From Protoeuglena noctilucae (taxonomy: Eukaryota), in NCBI GenBank assembly GCA_958009085.1, contig OY253669.1:744001-808000 (forward strand): a stretch of DNA of 64,000 bases, in the 5' to 3' direction. This document shows, piece by piece, positions 37,001-48,904 of this stretch. The position numbers were made by a program, and so were the translations under genes. The stretch's first letter is position 1; each line of letters opens with the position of its first letter. Below the pieces are notes generated by a model. That model saw only the letters and a list, made by a program, of their open reading frames with translations. It was not told the DNA's origin and did not search any database.

Positions 37001-40000
37001 CGGCGGCAGCTGCACCCGCTGCCCGGCCGTGCCCCTGCTGGTGCTGTACTATGCGGTGCTGGCGGCCCTGGCGCTGGCCCCCATCGTCTTCCGCGTCTAC
37101 ATGTCAGAGACGGGCAAGGAGTGGGCCTACTTCCACGTCGCCCTCATCTTCATGCAGTTCAACGGCCTCCTGCAGAAGCTCAGGTGAGCAGCAGGGGCGG
37201 CAGGCGTGCCGCGTGCTGTTGCATCACGCTGAGTGACGATGGGTCTTCATGCCACAGGGCCTGGGAGGCTAACTCCCTTCACCGATGCCCCCCGCGTGCC
37301 CCCAGGGTCGGCTACCCCACCAAGCTCATGGCCCTGCTGCAGTTCCAGTCGCTCTTCATGTTCGATGTCGAAGCATTCCACCTCGAGTGCAGTGAGTGGC
37401 GCGACAGTGCGCTTCCTGCTGTGTCTCTTACATTGGTGTTTCTACCAGCTGTAGTGGGTTCAGGTTGGTGCAACCAACCTGCACTCGATGCCAAACCAAC
37501 CGCACCGACTGCACTGACCATCATATGTCGGTGCTCTGCACCCGTCACCGACCCCACCTCCGCCTCCGCCCGCAGTCTTCGGCCCCGCGGTGGACGCCAG
37601 GACCAAGATCACGGTGGCCTACGCCATCCCCGTCCTGTGCCTGGGCCTGTCGGTGGTCGGCGCCTTTGCCAAGATCCTGCACATCCGCGTGCAGCGCCGC
37701 CGCCTCGACTTCATGCGCACCGACGAGACGCAGCGCTTCAAGTACCTCCTCCTCACCATCCAGAAGCGCAAGGGTGGCCGGGTCGAGGACTACCGCCTGA
37801 GTCACATCAACCCGCCCTTCGTTCCGCTGGCCCTGGGCATCTTCCTCATGTACGTCCAGATCATCTACCCGGGCGTCGCGAGGCAGGTCCTCAGCCCCTA
37901 CGACTGCGTACGCGGTGAGGGCCGTGGGGTGCTACGTGCGCATGGCCGACGCGGCTGCCACATGACCCTCGCTTGCCCAATACTGCACCCACACCGCAGC
38001 CCGGAGCCCTGCCCTGCTGTGGTCCGCCTGGCTGCAGCGACACATGCCGCCTCGTGCAGCGTTGTGTGTTGTCGATGTTCCCTATGCAGCCAACTCAAGG
38101 TCTCGCCATCGCCCCTTCCTCCAGACCCCCTGACCGGGGAGCACTTCATGGAGTCTGCGCCCTACATCCGGTGCAGCCCGCCCTCCCCCGCGGAGGTCGA
38201 GGCCCGGCAGTCCCTCCTCTGGGGATACGGCATCCGGGCGGAGTTCGACGGCGACTGGCGGATACTCCAGCGGTACACGTGGATCATGGTGAGTGGCAGA
38301 GAGAGGGCACGCATGCCAAGTAACGCACCTGGACATGATCCAACCAGTGAACTGCCGTCCCACTTTGCCGTAGCGGGTGGGACATTGTCGCACTCGCCCC
38401 CGCCCCACCGCCCCACCCCGCGCCCCTGTCCCGCAGCTCCCCGCCCTGGTGGCCGGCATGCCGCTCCTGATGGTGTCGTGCTGGCTCGTGGGCGCGTGCC
38501 TGGGCCGGCAGGACCAGACGTTCGTGTGGCGCAGTCGCCGCCACAAGGACCGAATTAAGAAGGCCGCGGGCGACCGCCCCGACCACCACCTGTGGTACAA
38601 GGCGATGCTGGCGCAGTTCTCCTTCTTCTACTCCCCCCGCTGGACCGGCTTCTTCGCCCTGGCCACCGTCCTGCAGTTCCTGGCGCTCCTGTGCCAGACG
38701 CTCGGCAACTCCCTCCGCACTGAGGGCATCACCCTGCAGCTCCTCGCCATGTTCTTCCTCAGCGTCTTCCCCTACTTCCTCCTCGAGTCCTTCTCGAACC
38801 CCTTCCTGGACGACAAGCTCCAGTACCTCCACCAGTTCTTCAACTTCACCAACGCCCTCTCGGTCTGGAATTCCACCGCCCTCCTCGGGGCCACCAGCCA
38901 GGTCTCGGTGCTGGTGTCCGTGGTGGCCTTCGCGGAGAGCGCCGTGGCCTTCGCCGTCGGCATCCTCACCGTGTGGAGTGTGGCGTACGAGTACCTGGAG
39001 CAGCGCATCCAGCGACTGCGCACAAGGGCGTTCTTCTTCTTCAGCATGCTGCAGTACCGGTACCGCACGGTGAGAGATGGGTGGGGGTGTTGGGTGGTTG
39101 CAGAACTTGACATTCAGGGGTGGAGTGATTGCAGAACTTGACATTAAGGGATGGGGGTAACTGTCGCACCTTTAAATGAAGGGTGGGGTTGGAGTTACAC
39201 GGTCTCAGACCTGACGTCCCCTCGTCACCCCCAGATGGTCCGCGCGCGGAGGTCCCTGGCGGCGCAGCGCTGGGCGGCCGCCATCTCCAAGGCCCGCTTC
39301 ATCGCCCGCATGCGCATCTCAGAACGTGACACCGAGAGCGCCGCGCACAAGCTGGCCGACCTCATGGGGGCACCCCAGGGAGCCCAGGCGCCGCAGGCGC
39401 AGGCGAGTGGAGGGTTGAGGGGCAGCGGAACGATCGCAGCGAGGGGGGGCGTGGTTGGTTGCTTGTGCAGCAACACGACGCATGCGTGTCCGGCTCATCG
39501 CCCAGGCCCCTGCGATGACCCAAGTGAAGTTGCTGACCAGAGCCTCATCGCCCCCGCATCTGCAGTTCAACCCGCTTTCGTGGCTGTACAAGGACACTCC
39601 GCTGAGCGGGGTGGTGGGCGGCGGGGGCAGCGTGGCGGGCGGGGGCGGCATGTCGTCGGCGTTCGGGGGCGGGACGACGGGCGTGGGGGCGCTGGGCCGG
39701 GAGATGGGGGTGCTGGACGCGGCGGTAGACGACGCGATCGATGCGCAGGGGCGTCCGCTCAAGCCCACCACGCACATGGCGGACCTGGTCTTCAAGGCCT
39801 TCTCCCAGGCGTTCTTTGTGCCGCATGTGGCGGACGCCATGGACCAGCTGCTGTCGTGGGCGGTGCTGAAGGACACCTGGAGCAACTACGGGGTCCTGGT
39901 CGACAAGGCGTGGGTGGGCAAGACGCTGTTGAAGGTCCTGAAGTATCGGGACTTCAAGATGCGCGTGGACAAGGAGAACGCGGCGGTCACGTCCATGGAA

Positions 40001-41275
40001 AGCAAGCTGAGGAAGAACGTGCGGGGGCCTCTCCTGCGGTTCATGATCGAGCGGGAGTCGCGCGCGGACAACGTCGAGGCGGCGCAGGCGAGGAATGGGG
40101 TGGGAATGGGGTGTTGGGTGGTGCTGATGGCGGGGGTAGGGGCAGGGGAGCTGTGGGCAGCATGAGACCTCCCAAGAAGCCGCTTGACTGTGACTATGTG
40201 TTGGTTGATCCCTATGCAGGTGTTGGAGATGGTGGATGATTTGCTGGGGGACACGCTGGACCCGGACCTGTGGAACTACGGGGAGGCGATTCGGAACGCG
40301 GCGACGGGGAAGACGGCAGAGGAGCAGTTCCTGGAGGTGAGGGGTGGGATATGGGTGGGTAGCATGTCCATCTTGTCGTGCGTTGTAATTGTAATTTGCA
40401 AAGGGGTAGTGGTGGTGGAAGGCACACATGGGTAGGGGGTAAGCGGGGCCGCGAGGGCTCCAGCCCCGCCACGCCAAGACACCAAGACCTTCGCCGCTGT
40501 GCCTGCAGGGAGGTGCGCCGGACGTGGATGCTGGGGACGGGGAGGAAGGGGCCGAGAGGCACCAGGCCCGCGTGGACCAGGTGCAGCAAGTCCTGCAGAA
40601 GTACCTGCTGCAGTTCCGGGCGAGAAGGGCCGCGGAGCGCGTGCAGGTGAGACGCGGCGCGACGCAGTGCCTGTGCCGTGCGCATAGGGTGCTTGCCTGC
40701 GTCATGTGCCGTGCGCCGTGCGTCATGCCACCTCCGCTCATGTCGTACCGCCCGGTGCACCCACCGCTCCCCGCTTTGCTATCTCGCAGCTGGAGGAGGG
40801 CGAACTGGAGCCCATCGACGAGGAGGGGCTCGACATGGAGGAGGCGGACCCTCCGCTGGGGGACTCGGAGGCTGGAGGGTCTGGGTACACGCCAAACATG
40901 GAAGACCCGTACAACCCCGTCTACAACCCGGCGGCGCGCGCGGGGGGTTCCGTGGGCAGCCTGGGCCGCACCCGCAGCACCGCCAGCGACCGGTGGGTCC
41001 GGGCTTCGTCAGAGGTGTCCTCGGTGGCCCGAAGCCGGCTGGCGCGGGTGCGGCGGGGGTCGCGCGGGGACAGCACGCCGCCGGACGGCGGGGCGGGCGA
41101 CGACGCCTCGGAGCTGGGCGTGGCTGGGTACGGACCGCGGGCGGGGGGCGGCGGGCCTGGGTCTGTGGCCTCGGGGGCTCCCTCGCGGCTCGCGGCCTCG
41201 GTCGTGTCTGGCGTGGCCACGCGGGTGTCGCAGTTCCTGGGCGGGGGCGGGGGCGGGGACTCCTCCATTGGATGA
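34037..41275 (+). CDS. Large cell-surface multi-pass membrane protein: signal peptide, Ig/cadherin-like domains, Cys-rich (GCC2/GCC3, ephrin-receptor-like) repeats, ~8-9 TM helices, cytoplasmic tail (15 exons)
   Basis: Signal peptide MRAGRCYALLGVALALSLLWTGAA. Ig-like segment VNQAPQF...SDVDGDALTFTLTAAPKHGTVT...FSYKADQGFSGIDQFDITVDD. Cys repeats CEPCPAGTYS...CEKCPTGQYNPLTGQSACVDCP and YQGRACSQCREGHFR. Hydrophobic segments at 37030-38990. Confidence 0.8.
39098..39158 (+). repeat. Intronic tandem repeat, period ~31
   Basis: TTGCAGAACTTGACATT occurs twice (39098, 39129). Confidence 0.85.
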
Positions 41276-41758
41276 CTTGGTTTTACTGCTCCCACTGCCC
41301 TGCGTGATTCTTCGTGACTGTCTACACTTTCCCTTTCCGCGACGACGTGTGCCTTGTGTCGTGTTACAGCCATCTCTGCCCTCGAGGGGCCTTTTCTTGC
41401 CTGGAAAAGTGCCGAGGGTTTTGCTAGCGTCGTGCTGCCATCGGACACTGGTCAGCAATCGGGATTTTGCACAGCAATGCAGCCACTGACGCCACCCTTT
41501 TGTCAGTCTCAGAGTTTGACGTGAAACTCGCCAGCATCCGTTTGAAGGGATGCGTCCTCGTGTTGTGTCAAGTACTGCACGGCTCGTTCCACAAAACAGT
41601 CCTCCGCTCGATCAAACCTGCCTACGCACTTCAACGCCCTCCTAGCTGCCCATCTCTGATCCCTTCTCGCACCGCTTCCGCCGCTAACTGAGCCCCTGGG
41701 CGTTGTCTTGCTTGTGGGGCATTCACCCGCGTGGAAGGCGCGTCTCGCTGTCGACATC

Positions 41759-43110
41759 ATGGCCGGAGCTCTCAGCGGCGCAGGTGGGCGTTACGCGGCC
41801 TTGCGCGACCGTGGCGGAGCTGATCTGAACTATTTGTCGCCGTTGAGAGAGTATGCGCAAATTTACGTGACCTGGCGAGCGACGGGCGCGGCGTCGCGGC
41901 CGCGACAGCAGTTTGCTGTCTCGCCGAATGGTCCGCATGGGGCGCCCCGGCTCGCTCAGCAGCTGCCGTCCCAATCCTCCGTCCGCAGTTCCTCGCGCCG
42001 CGCCGGGGCCATCGCTGACCGAGCGGAGCGGGCCCACGGTCTCCCTTGTGCCCTCGTCGACGTGGAGGGGCGCCGCGGTGCCACGCTTGCGGCGTGGCGC
42101 GGCGTCCGCAGTCGGCAGGGACCATCGTAGCGTCTTCTGTCGCGCTAAGGGCGACGCGTGGCGTTCGGCGCTCTATACGGGGATGTGGGAGGCGTCGATG
42201 GAGGTGCGGATTCTCGTGCCCGGGGTCGCGTCGGGAGCCCGCCGCGCGGGCCGCCCCTCTCCCAGCGCCTTTATCGTGTGTCGCAGGAGGATTTTCTGGT
42301 GGAGGAGGCCATGAACCCGGACGTGGTGCTGCTGCCCGAGGGTTCTTCCGTGCGCAATGCGACCCACGAGTTCGTCACCCACAACATCTCAGGTGCCCCC
42401 GTCGTCGCGGCGGACGGGCAGGTGCGCGGCGTCCTCTGCAAGTCCGACCTCACGGTGCCCTTCATGGCGCCGGACGGCCGAGAGATTCAGGTCAGCGCGA
42501 GCTCGGCGCCAATACTCACTTGTTGAAGCGCTCGAGCATCGCGAACACGCGCTCTCCTCGTACCGCTCGCAGATAAATGCCATGCATATTCCATTTATGG
42601 AGAATCGGTCAAAGGAGATGCTGGAGGTGGGAGTCGGGTGGGGGTCGAACGCACGACGTGCCGGGGAACAATGCAGAGGGGGCCGAGAGGGCTCGGGTGC
42701 AACCCAGCACCCGGTCACGTGGGTGTGGCTTTGTCGAAAGCCCTCTGCGACGGTGCGACCTTGGTTGTGATGCTCGCAGGCGTTTGAGCAGGTGCTGGAT
42801 CAGCCTGTCGAGGCCTACATGGTCCGGGACCCTCTGCTGGTGGTGAGACTCGTCGGTCGTGGGCAGGGCGTGACGCGATGTGTGCATGCGTGGCACAGCG
42901 CACGCGCATCCACCCACCCAATCGCCATCCTTCCTGCAGCCACCGACCATGACCATCAGCAAGGCCATGGCGCTGATGGTGGAGCACCACGTGAATCGCC
43001 TGCCTGTGGTGGAGAATGGCGAAGTGGTCGGCATCCTGACTCGGTACGATATCCTCAGGGCACTGACCCGGATCGCGGCGCCCGGCAGCAAGGACGGGGC
43101 CGTCTTGTGA
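41759..43110 (+). CDS. CBS-pair protein (CBSX-like) with probable plastid transit peptide, 6 exons
   Basis: CBS1 HNISGAPVVAADGQVRGVLCKSDL. CBS2 HHVNRLPVVENGEVVGILTRYDILRAL. S/R/A-rich leader ends in SVFCRA. Confidence 0.82.
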
Positions 43111-43535
43111 CACGACGTCAGCGAGCTTGTGCCCCTCTCTCTGTTTCACGGCGCTCTATGTTAGTCGTGGCGTCTGGCATAGGGCGAAGCTAAGGACTAG
43201 GCAATGGTGAACGTCTATTACACAAAGAGGAGCGAGTCGCAGCCTAGCAGTCGTGGAATGCAGTTGGATATCGATGCCTAGCTAAGGTGTTGGGTTCTTG
43301 GCGGCAAGAAAAACGCGCAGAGCACGTCGGAAAAGCGCACTCAAGCCTGGAAACCGCATCAAAACGCGGTGGTGCGCCCCAGGCGCAACGGCAATGTGCG
43401 GTGCCGCGCTGGGGCCCCGCTGAAGAGATGGCTAATAAGTCATATCGACGAAGCACTCACGTGGAGGCCGAGGAGGGACCGCTCGAGCCAGACAAGGACC
43501 CTGCAGACCACTCCCTCGCCTCCCTAATTGGCAAG

Positions 43536-43565
43536 CCCAAAACCCCAAAACCCAAAACCCCAAAA
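43536..43565. repeat. Telomere-like (C3-4A4)x4 tract
   Basis: CCCAAAACCCCAAAACCCAAAACCCCAAAA. Confidence 0.9.
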
Positions 43566-43569
43566 GCAT

Positions 43570-43603
43570 TTCATCCTCCTCAGTGTATACTGAGGAGGAT
43601 GAA
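43570..43603. other. Perfect 15-bp inverted repeat with 4-nt loop
   Basis: TTCATCCTCCTCAGT-GTAT-ACTGAGGAGGATGAA. Confidence 0.9.
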
Positions 43604-43702
43604 GACGACAGAAAACTGCGTCACAAAATTCGTGGCGAATGAGTCTGCGGGAGCCCTGGAGCTGAGGTCAGTCCCAGCCACGGACGTTCCCAGGGACTAC
43701 TC

Positions 43703-46700
43703 CTAGCCCCGCCCTCGCACGCGGTCGCCGCTCGCCGTCCCGTGCTCCTGGCCGGCGGCAGCCATCGCCAGCATCCCCGCCTGCCCCTCCCCGTGCACCC
43801 CTCTGCTCTCAAGCGACGCCAGCACGGCTGCCAGGACCTCGGGAGCAATGCTCTGACGCAGCAGCGCCAGGGCCTCAGGGGGCAGAGCACTGCTCTGCGG
43901 CACGCTGCTCTGCGGCACGCTGCTGTGTGGCGCGCTGCCCTGCGGCATGCTGCCCTGCGGCGCCCAGCGAGAGTCCGCGCCCCTCGCGACCCCCTCCCCT
44001 CCCTCCTCCTTGCCCACCATCTCCCCCACCGCACCATCCGCCGCCTTCGCTGCCCCCGGCGCCTCCATGGATGCCCTCGGCCGGCCCATCCCCGACTGAG
44101 CCGCCGCCGCGTCGCCAGGCTCGCCCCCCGTCACGCAGGCCCCCTGCCCCCGCGGCGCCACTTGGCTCAGCCGCTGCACCTCCGGGTGCGACAGGAGCCG
44201 GGACTCAAGCGCCGCCGCTGCGTCCTCGAGCGCCACCTGCTCCGACCGCACCTCCCTTAGCACATGCGCCAACTGCGGAAAGGGGCAAAGCACAACAAAG
44301 GTGAAGTGCGCACAATAGCATGCGGGCTGCAAAGAATTGCAAACTACTGTACACCTGCCTTCATCTAGAGTAATTGCAGAGGGGCAGCTGAGGGGCATCC
44401 CTCCCCCCAGGCGCCTTGTGCCTCCTCGGCAGCCGCTCCACCCCGCTCCCTCACCTGCATCAGGTGCCCGAGGTAGGCCTCGCCGCCCCGGGACAGCGAG
44501 TTGAGCTCCACGGTGCGGCGGAGCAGCAGGTCCGCTTCGGCAGACACCGCGGACAGCCGTGTGCGTGCCCGGTGAAGCGCCACCACGTCTCCCGCCACCT
44601 CCTCCGAAAGGTCCCCCGTGGCCGCCGCGGCCAGGATGCGCTCTAACATCGCGCCGACGGCCTCGCGGCGCTCGCGGGCGGGGTCGAGGGCAGAGTCAGC
44701 GGCAGGGTCGCTTGGGACCTGGGGCGTCGTGTGGGCACTGCCACGCCCAGGCACAGGGCTGCCGCCCGCGGGGCCGCCCGCAGCCCCGGTCCCCGAGACG
44801 ATGACGCCGTTGCCGCTCGGCGCGCGCTGGGGCGGCGCGCCGTGCATGGCCAGGGCGGCCAGGGCCTCCGGGTGGGTCGTCTGCCCCGCTGCGCTCAGGA
44901 GGGCCAGGAGCGGGCCCAGCTGCAGGCAGGGAAGTGGGGGGTTGATGATATAGCGAAAGCGGCCACTCGCGGAAACGGGGAGGGCACGCGAATGGCGCCT
45001 CACCTGTCCCGTGGACTGCGCAAAGTGCACGGCCATCTCCACATCTGTGGGGTAGCCGCCCCACATCGCCTGCGCTGCGTGGGCGGCTTGCGCTGCATGA
45101 GCCGCTTGTGCTGCGTGTGCCGCTTGGGCTGCGCGGGCCGCGTAATCGGGGTAGTAACCCCCGTTGGGGATGCCCTGCATGAACCCCTGGGAGTAGCCAC
45201 CCCCTGGCGCCTGGCCGCCGTAGAGACCGTAGTGAGAGGGGACACTGCGGGAAGGACACGGCCACGACACGTCTACGACATCCACCTAACCCAAGCCCAG
45301 CGTCCACACCCAACGCCTCCAAGCACGCGGCGAGGACCGACGGCGCCACCCTCGCCCTCCACGCACCCGGCATGCGGGTGCCAGAACCCAGGGTTCGGAG
45401 GGCCGTGAAAGCTCGGCATGCCCACGGTGCCTGGAGGCCACCCCATCCGCGCGGAGTGCTCTGCCTCCGCTGGGTCCTCGCCCGCACCCACGCACGCCCG
45501 GCCGCGCTTCAGTGTGCCAGGGTTGTTTGGGTGGGGCACCTCGGGGGAGAGCGTCCCGTTGATGCGACTGGGAATGGGCGGCGTGCCTGGCGGGGCCATT
45601 GTGCGTGCGCCGCGGTGCGGCTCTGCGTGCGGGTGCAGCGCCTCCCCCCGCGCCATGCTGCGGGCGTGCTCTGCGCGGGACGTAGGGACGCTCCGCCTGG
45701 CCTCCTCGCCCTGCCCGACCGACCTGCGGGCAGCCACGGCGTGATGTCGCGCCATCTGGCCAGGTAAGAAATGAAAGAGGACCAGAGGTCCATAGCAGTG
45801 GGGCACTGGGTTCCGATTGCTTGGACTTGCTTCCAACAAGACACGAGTCCCCAGCCCTCTGCAGGAACGCCACTCACCCGCGGCGCGGGCGTAGGGACAT
45901 GGTGTGCGTGGGCTGGGGCGGGTGGAGGATGCCCTTGATGACGTCGGAAATGGCCTGGGACGGGCCGGGGGCGGCGGGCGTGAAGTTGGGGATGTTGACG
46001 CCCAGGGCCGCGAGCTTGTGCCCCGACATGCGGCGCCGGCCCCGCTTCTTGAGGCCCTCGCTGCGCTCCTGCTCGGCTCGGCGGCTCAGCAGCTCCGCGA
46101 GGGGGTTGAAGTCGTCGCCCTCGTCGCCCTCGCCGCCGCCGTCCGCCAGAGGGGCCGCGGGGCCCGGCGCTGGCACGGGCGCAGGGCTGGCGGCCGCCTG
46201 GGGCACCGGCGCCGGCGCCTCCGGGACAGACGGCGATGCAGCCGCCATGCCGGTCGCGACGGCGTCCTCGTAGGAGTTTTTCCTCGACACGATGCCCCTT
46301 GACCGAAGGTACGCGGACATGGCAGCCGCAAGCTCGAAGTTGGCAGCACGCTCGCCCGTCCGCGGGAAGTTCAGCTTGGCGGAGGGGCCTCGGATGCGCC
46401 GCGCCGCCTCGTCTGCGGCGAGGGGCCCAGAGCAGGGTCTGCATCAGCGGCCAGCATGTGCGACAGCCGCAGCGGAATGCGTGGGGCCCGGGACGCACCG
46501 TACGCGAGCGCGGCCTCCTCCGGGGTGTCAAACGTGCCCAGCCAGTGCCGGCGCCCGGTCGTCTTGTCGCGGATTTCCGCCGCCCAGGTGCCCCACTGCC
46601 GCTGCCGGACCCTGCGAGGGGAAAATTGGCGAGCTCCTTCCCCACGGCAGGTACCAAGGCGCCACAGGCCCGTGACAGTTCGGAAACATCGTCTTAAGAC

Positions 46701-47323
46701 CAGTTGCGGCGGCTGCGGCGGGTGCGGCTACGGCGGCGGCCCTCTGCGCTCCGGTCAGCGCCTCACCCCAAGTACTTCGAGCTCTTGGACTGGCCGCCAT
46801 GGCGGCCGTTGGAGTGCTTCCCTGCCGTCGAGCGCGGCGCACGCGCGCTCCGCGGGCGCTGGGCGGCCACGCGGGCCGCGCGCTTGACCCCGACGAGGAT
46901 CTCCGCGACGTCCAGAAAGTCGCCATCCTCATCCTCGTCCTCTTCACCCGGGCCGGGTCCTCCCGGTTGATTCACGACCTCTCCGGATCCTGCGCCTTGC
47001 TGCGCGGCCTCCGAGCTCGACGAGTCGGCTCCTCCAGAGGAGCCAGACCTGGACGCGGACGCAGACGAGCCGGGCCCGGGCCCAGCGCCCGCGTGTCCCT
47101 CCGGAGGACCCCGCAGCCCATTGTCGGTCCTTTCCGCGTCCTCGGCGCGGAGGCTCGCCGGCGGAGCTCGCTTGTGTTGCGCCGCCGGTCGCGTGGGGCG
47201 GTCCGCGGGCGCCGCGGCCCCCGCGGGCATCACTTCCGCCTGCAAGTCATCTCGGCTCGTGCCAGGGGCGGTCGAAATGTCGTCGCGCTTACTTCGGGAA
47301 GCAAAACCAGGTGAGGTGTCCAT
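43703..47323 (-). CDS. AP2/ERF-domain transcription factor
   Basis: Spliced AP2 domain [60 protein letters not shown] (46790-46360), flanked by low-complexity regions. Middle exons are approximate. Confidence 0.88.
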
Positions 47324-47589
47324 ATCTGAGGGAGTAGCCCTTCGCTCCTCCAGTGCAGCGGAAAAGGTGTGCGTCACCGGGGTCGTCGGGGTGACGGTCG
47401 GCCAAAATTTGCCCAACTGCCACTCCTGACACGTTTGACCCAGCGCTGAGGACCCGATCAAGGCGATTTCAAGCTAGGGACAAATGCATCTAGACTATTC
47501 CGGCAGACTCGCTCCGCTGGCGCGCCGGCAAGGCCGCCCTTTTGCTACATGCGGGGGCACATGTCACGCACTGCCTCACGCAACTGCGT

Positions 47590-48904
47590 CTACCACGCGT
47601 AGTACGAGCCGGGCCCCGGCGTGTCCGACTTGCCCATGCCCATGCGCACCGACGTGCCGAAGTTGGCGCTCGGCGCGGTCTGCGCGCGGCTCTGGGCCTG
47701 CTTGCCGAACGTCGTCTCGTAGGCGTGGTATCCCCCCGGCCCGGGCGTGCCGCGGCCCGAGAACTGATGCTTCTCGTGCCGGTTTGAGATGAAGATCTTG
47801 GAGGCCGAGTCCCTGGTGACGCCACCGAACGAGTAGGCAGCTGCGGCACGCGACGCAGGGGCCTCCTCCGTGCCCCTCCTCGCGCAAAGCAGAGCAGAGC
47901 AGTCGTGGCTTCGCGGCGTCGCACCTGTGTTGACCTTCTGGCTCTCCTTCTGGGGCCCGATGGACCCGCCGGCCTCGTACGTCCCAGCACCAGGCACCTC
48001 CCGCGCCCGCCTGATGTAGTCGTACACAAACCGGCCCTCGCTCCCGATCCTGCGGCAACGAACCACAGCGCGGGCTCACGAGCCGCCCACGCTGCGGGGG
48101 ACGCATGGGACAACATCCGGCCGGCCGTTCACGCGCCCCTCACCTCCACGACGGCGACGACGGGCGGTTGCTCTCCGCCATCTTGCCGATGCTCCCGGTC
48201 GAGGTGTACGCCCCAGGGCCCGGGGACACCCTCCCAGCGAACTGCGACTTCTCGTGGCGCGAGGAGATGAACACGGCCGCCGACTGGTCGCGTGTCGATG
48301 TCCCAAAGGCGCTCTTGGGCTCGTTCTTAACTGCGAGGGACGAGGCGGCGGGCTTGTGAGACACGGCGGTGACCGCGCGAGCCTACCCTACCCAGCAAGC
48401 GGGCAGGCCCCTGCACGCGGCGCTCACTGTTGGACACGGGGGCCCCGCCCAGGGTGCCCATCGAGTTGTAGGCGCCGGGTCCGGGAGACTCGGAGCGGGG
48501 CCTGTGAGGATCGTCGCGGGCGGTCTCCGTCTGCGCCGTCCCTCCAGACCCGCGCCCAAGGCTTGCAGGTGACCCCAGGGTGCGAGTGCCCGCGCTCCGA
48601 GGTCTCACCTGCGGCCGCGCTCCTCCGTCCCGAAGCTCGTGGTCATCGCCGTCTTGGTGTTGGAGAGGGTCTGGCGACCGAAGGACGACACGTTCGGGTT
48701 GAAGGCGGGCCCGATCGAGTTGTTGCCGCCGCGGGACCGCCGCACGGACTTGTCCGCTGCCGGCGAGGCGTACGTCCGGGAGTAGGCCTCGCGGTCCGAG
48801 GAGCCGAAGCTGTAGCCGGGAGACGTCTTCATGTTGGAGAGCGGCTGCTTCGTGAAGCTGCTCCGAAGCGAGGGCACGCGGAACTGCGAGTCGTCCCGCA
48901 TCAT
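47590..48904 (-). CDS. SHIPPO/ODF3-like PGP-repeat axonemal protein
   Basis: Repeats SPGPGAY (x2), VPGAGTY, TPGPGGY and TPGPGSY alternate with (Y/A)SFG..R motifs. An acceptor-like CCGCAG just upstream of the ATG suggests a further 5' exon. Confidence 0.82.

Noticed and set aside
43590..43620. Hammerhead ribozyme core (CTGAGGA...GAAA)
   Set aside because: No stem II can form between the two core motifs, and CTGAGGA is sequestered in the perfect hairpin.
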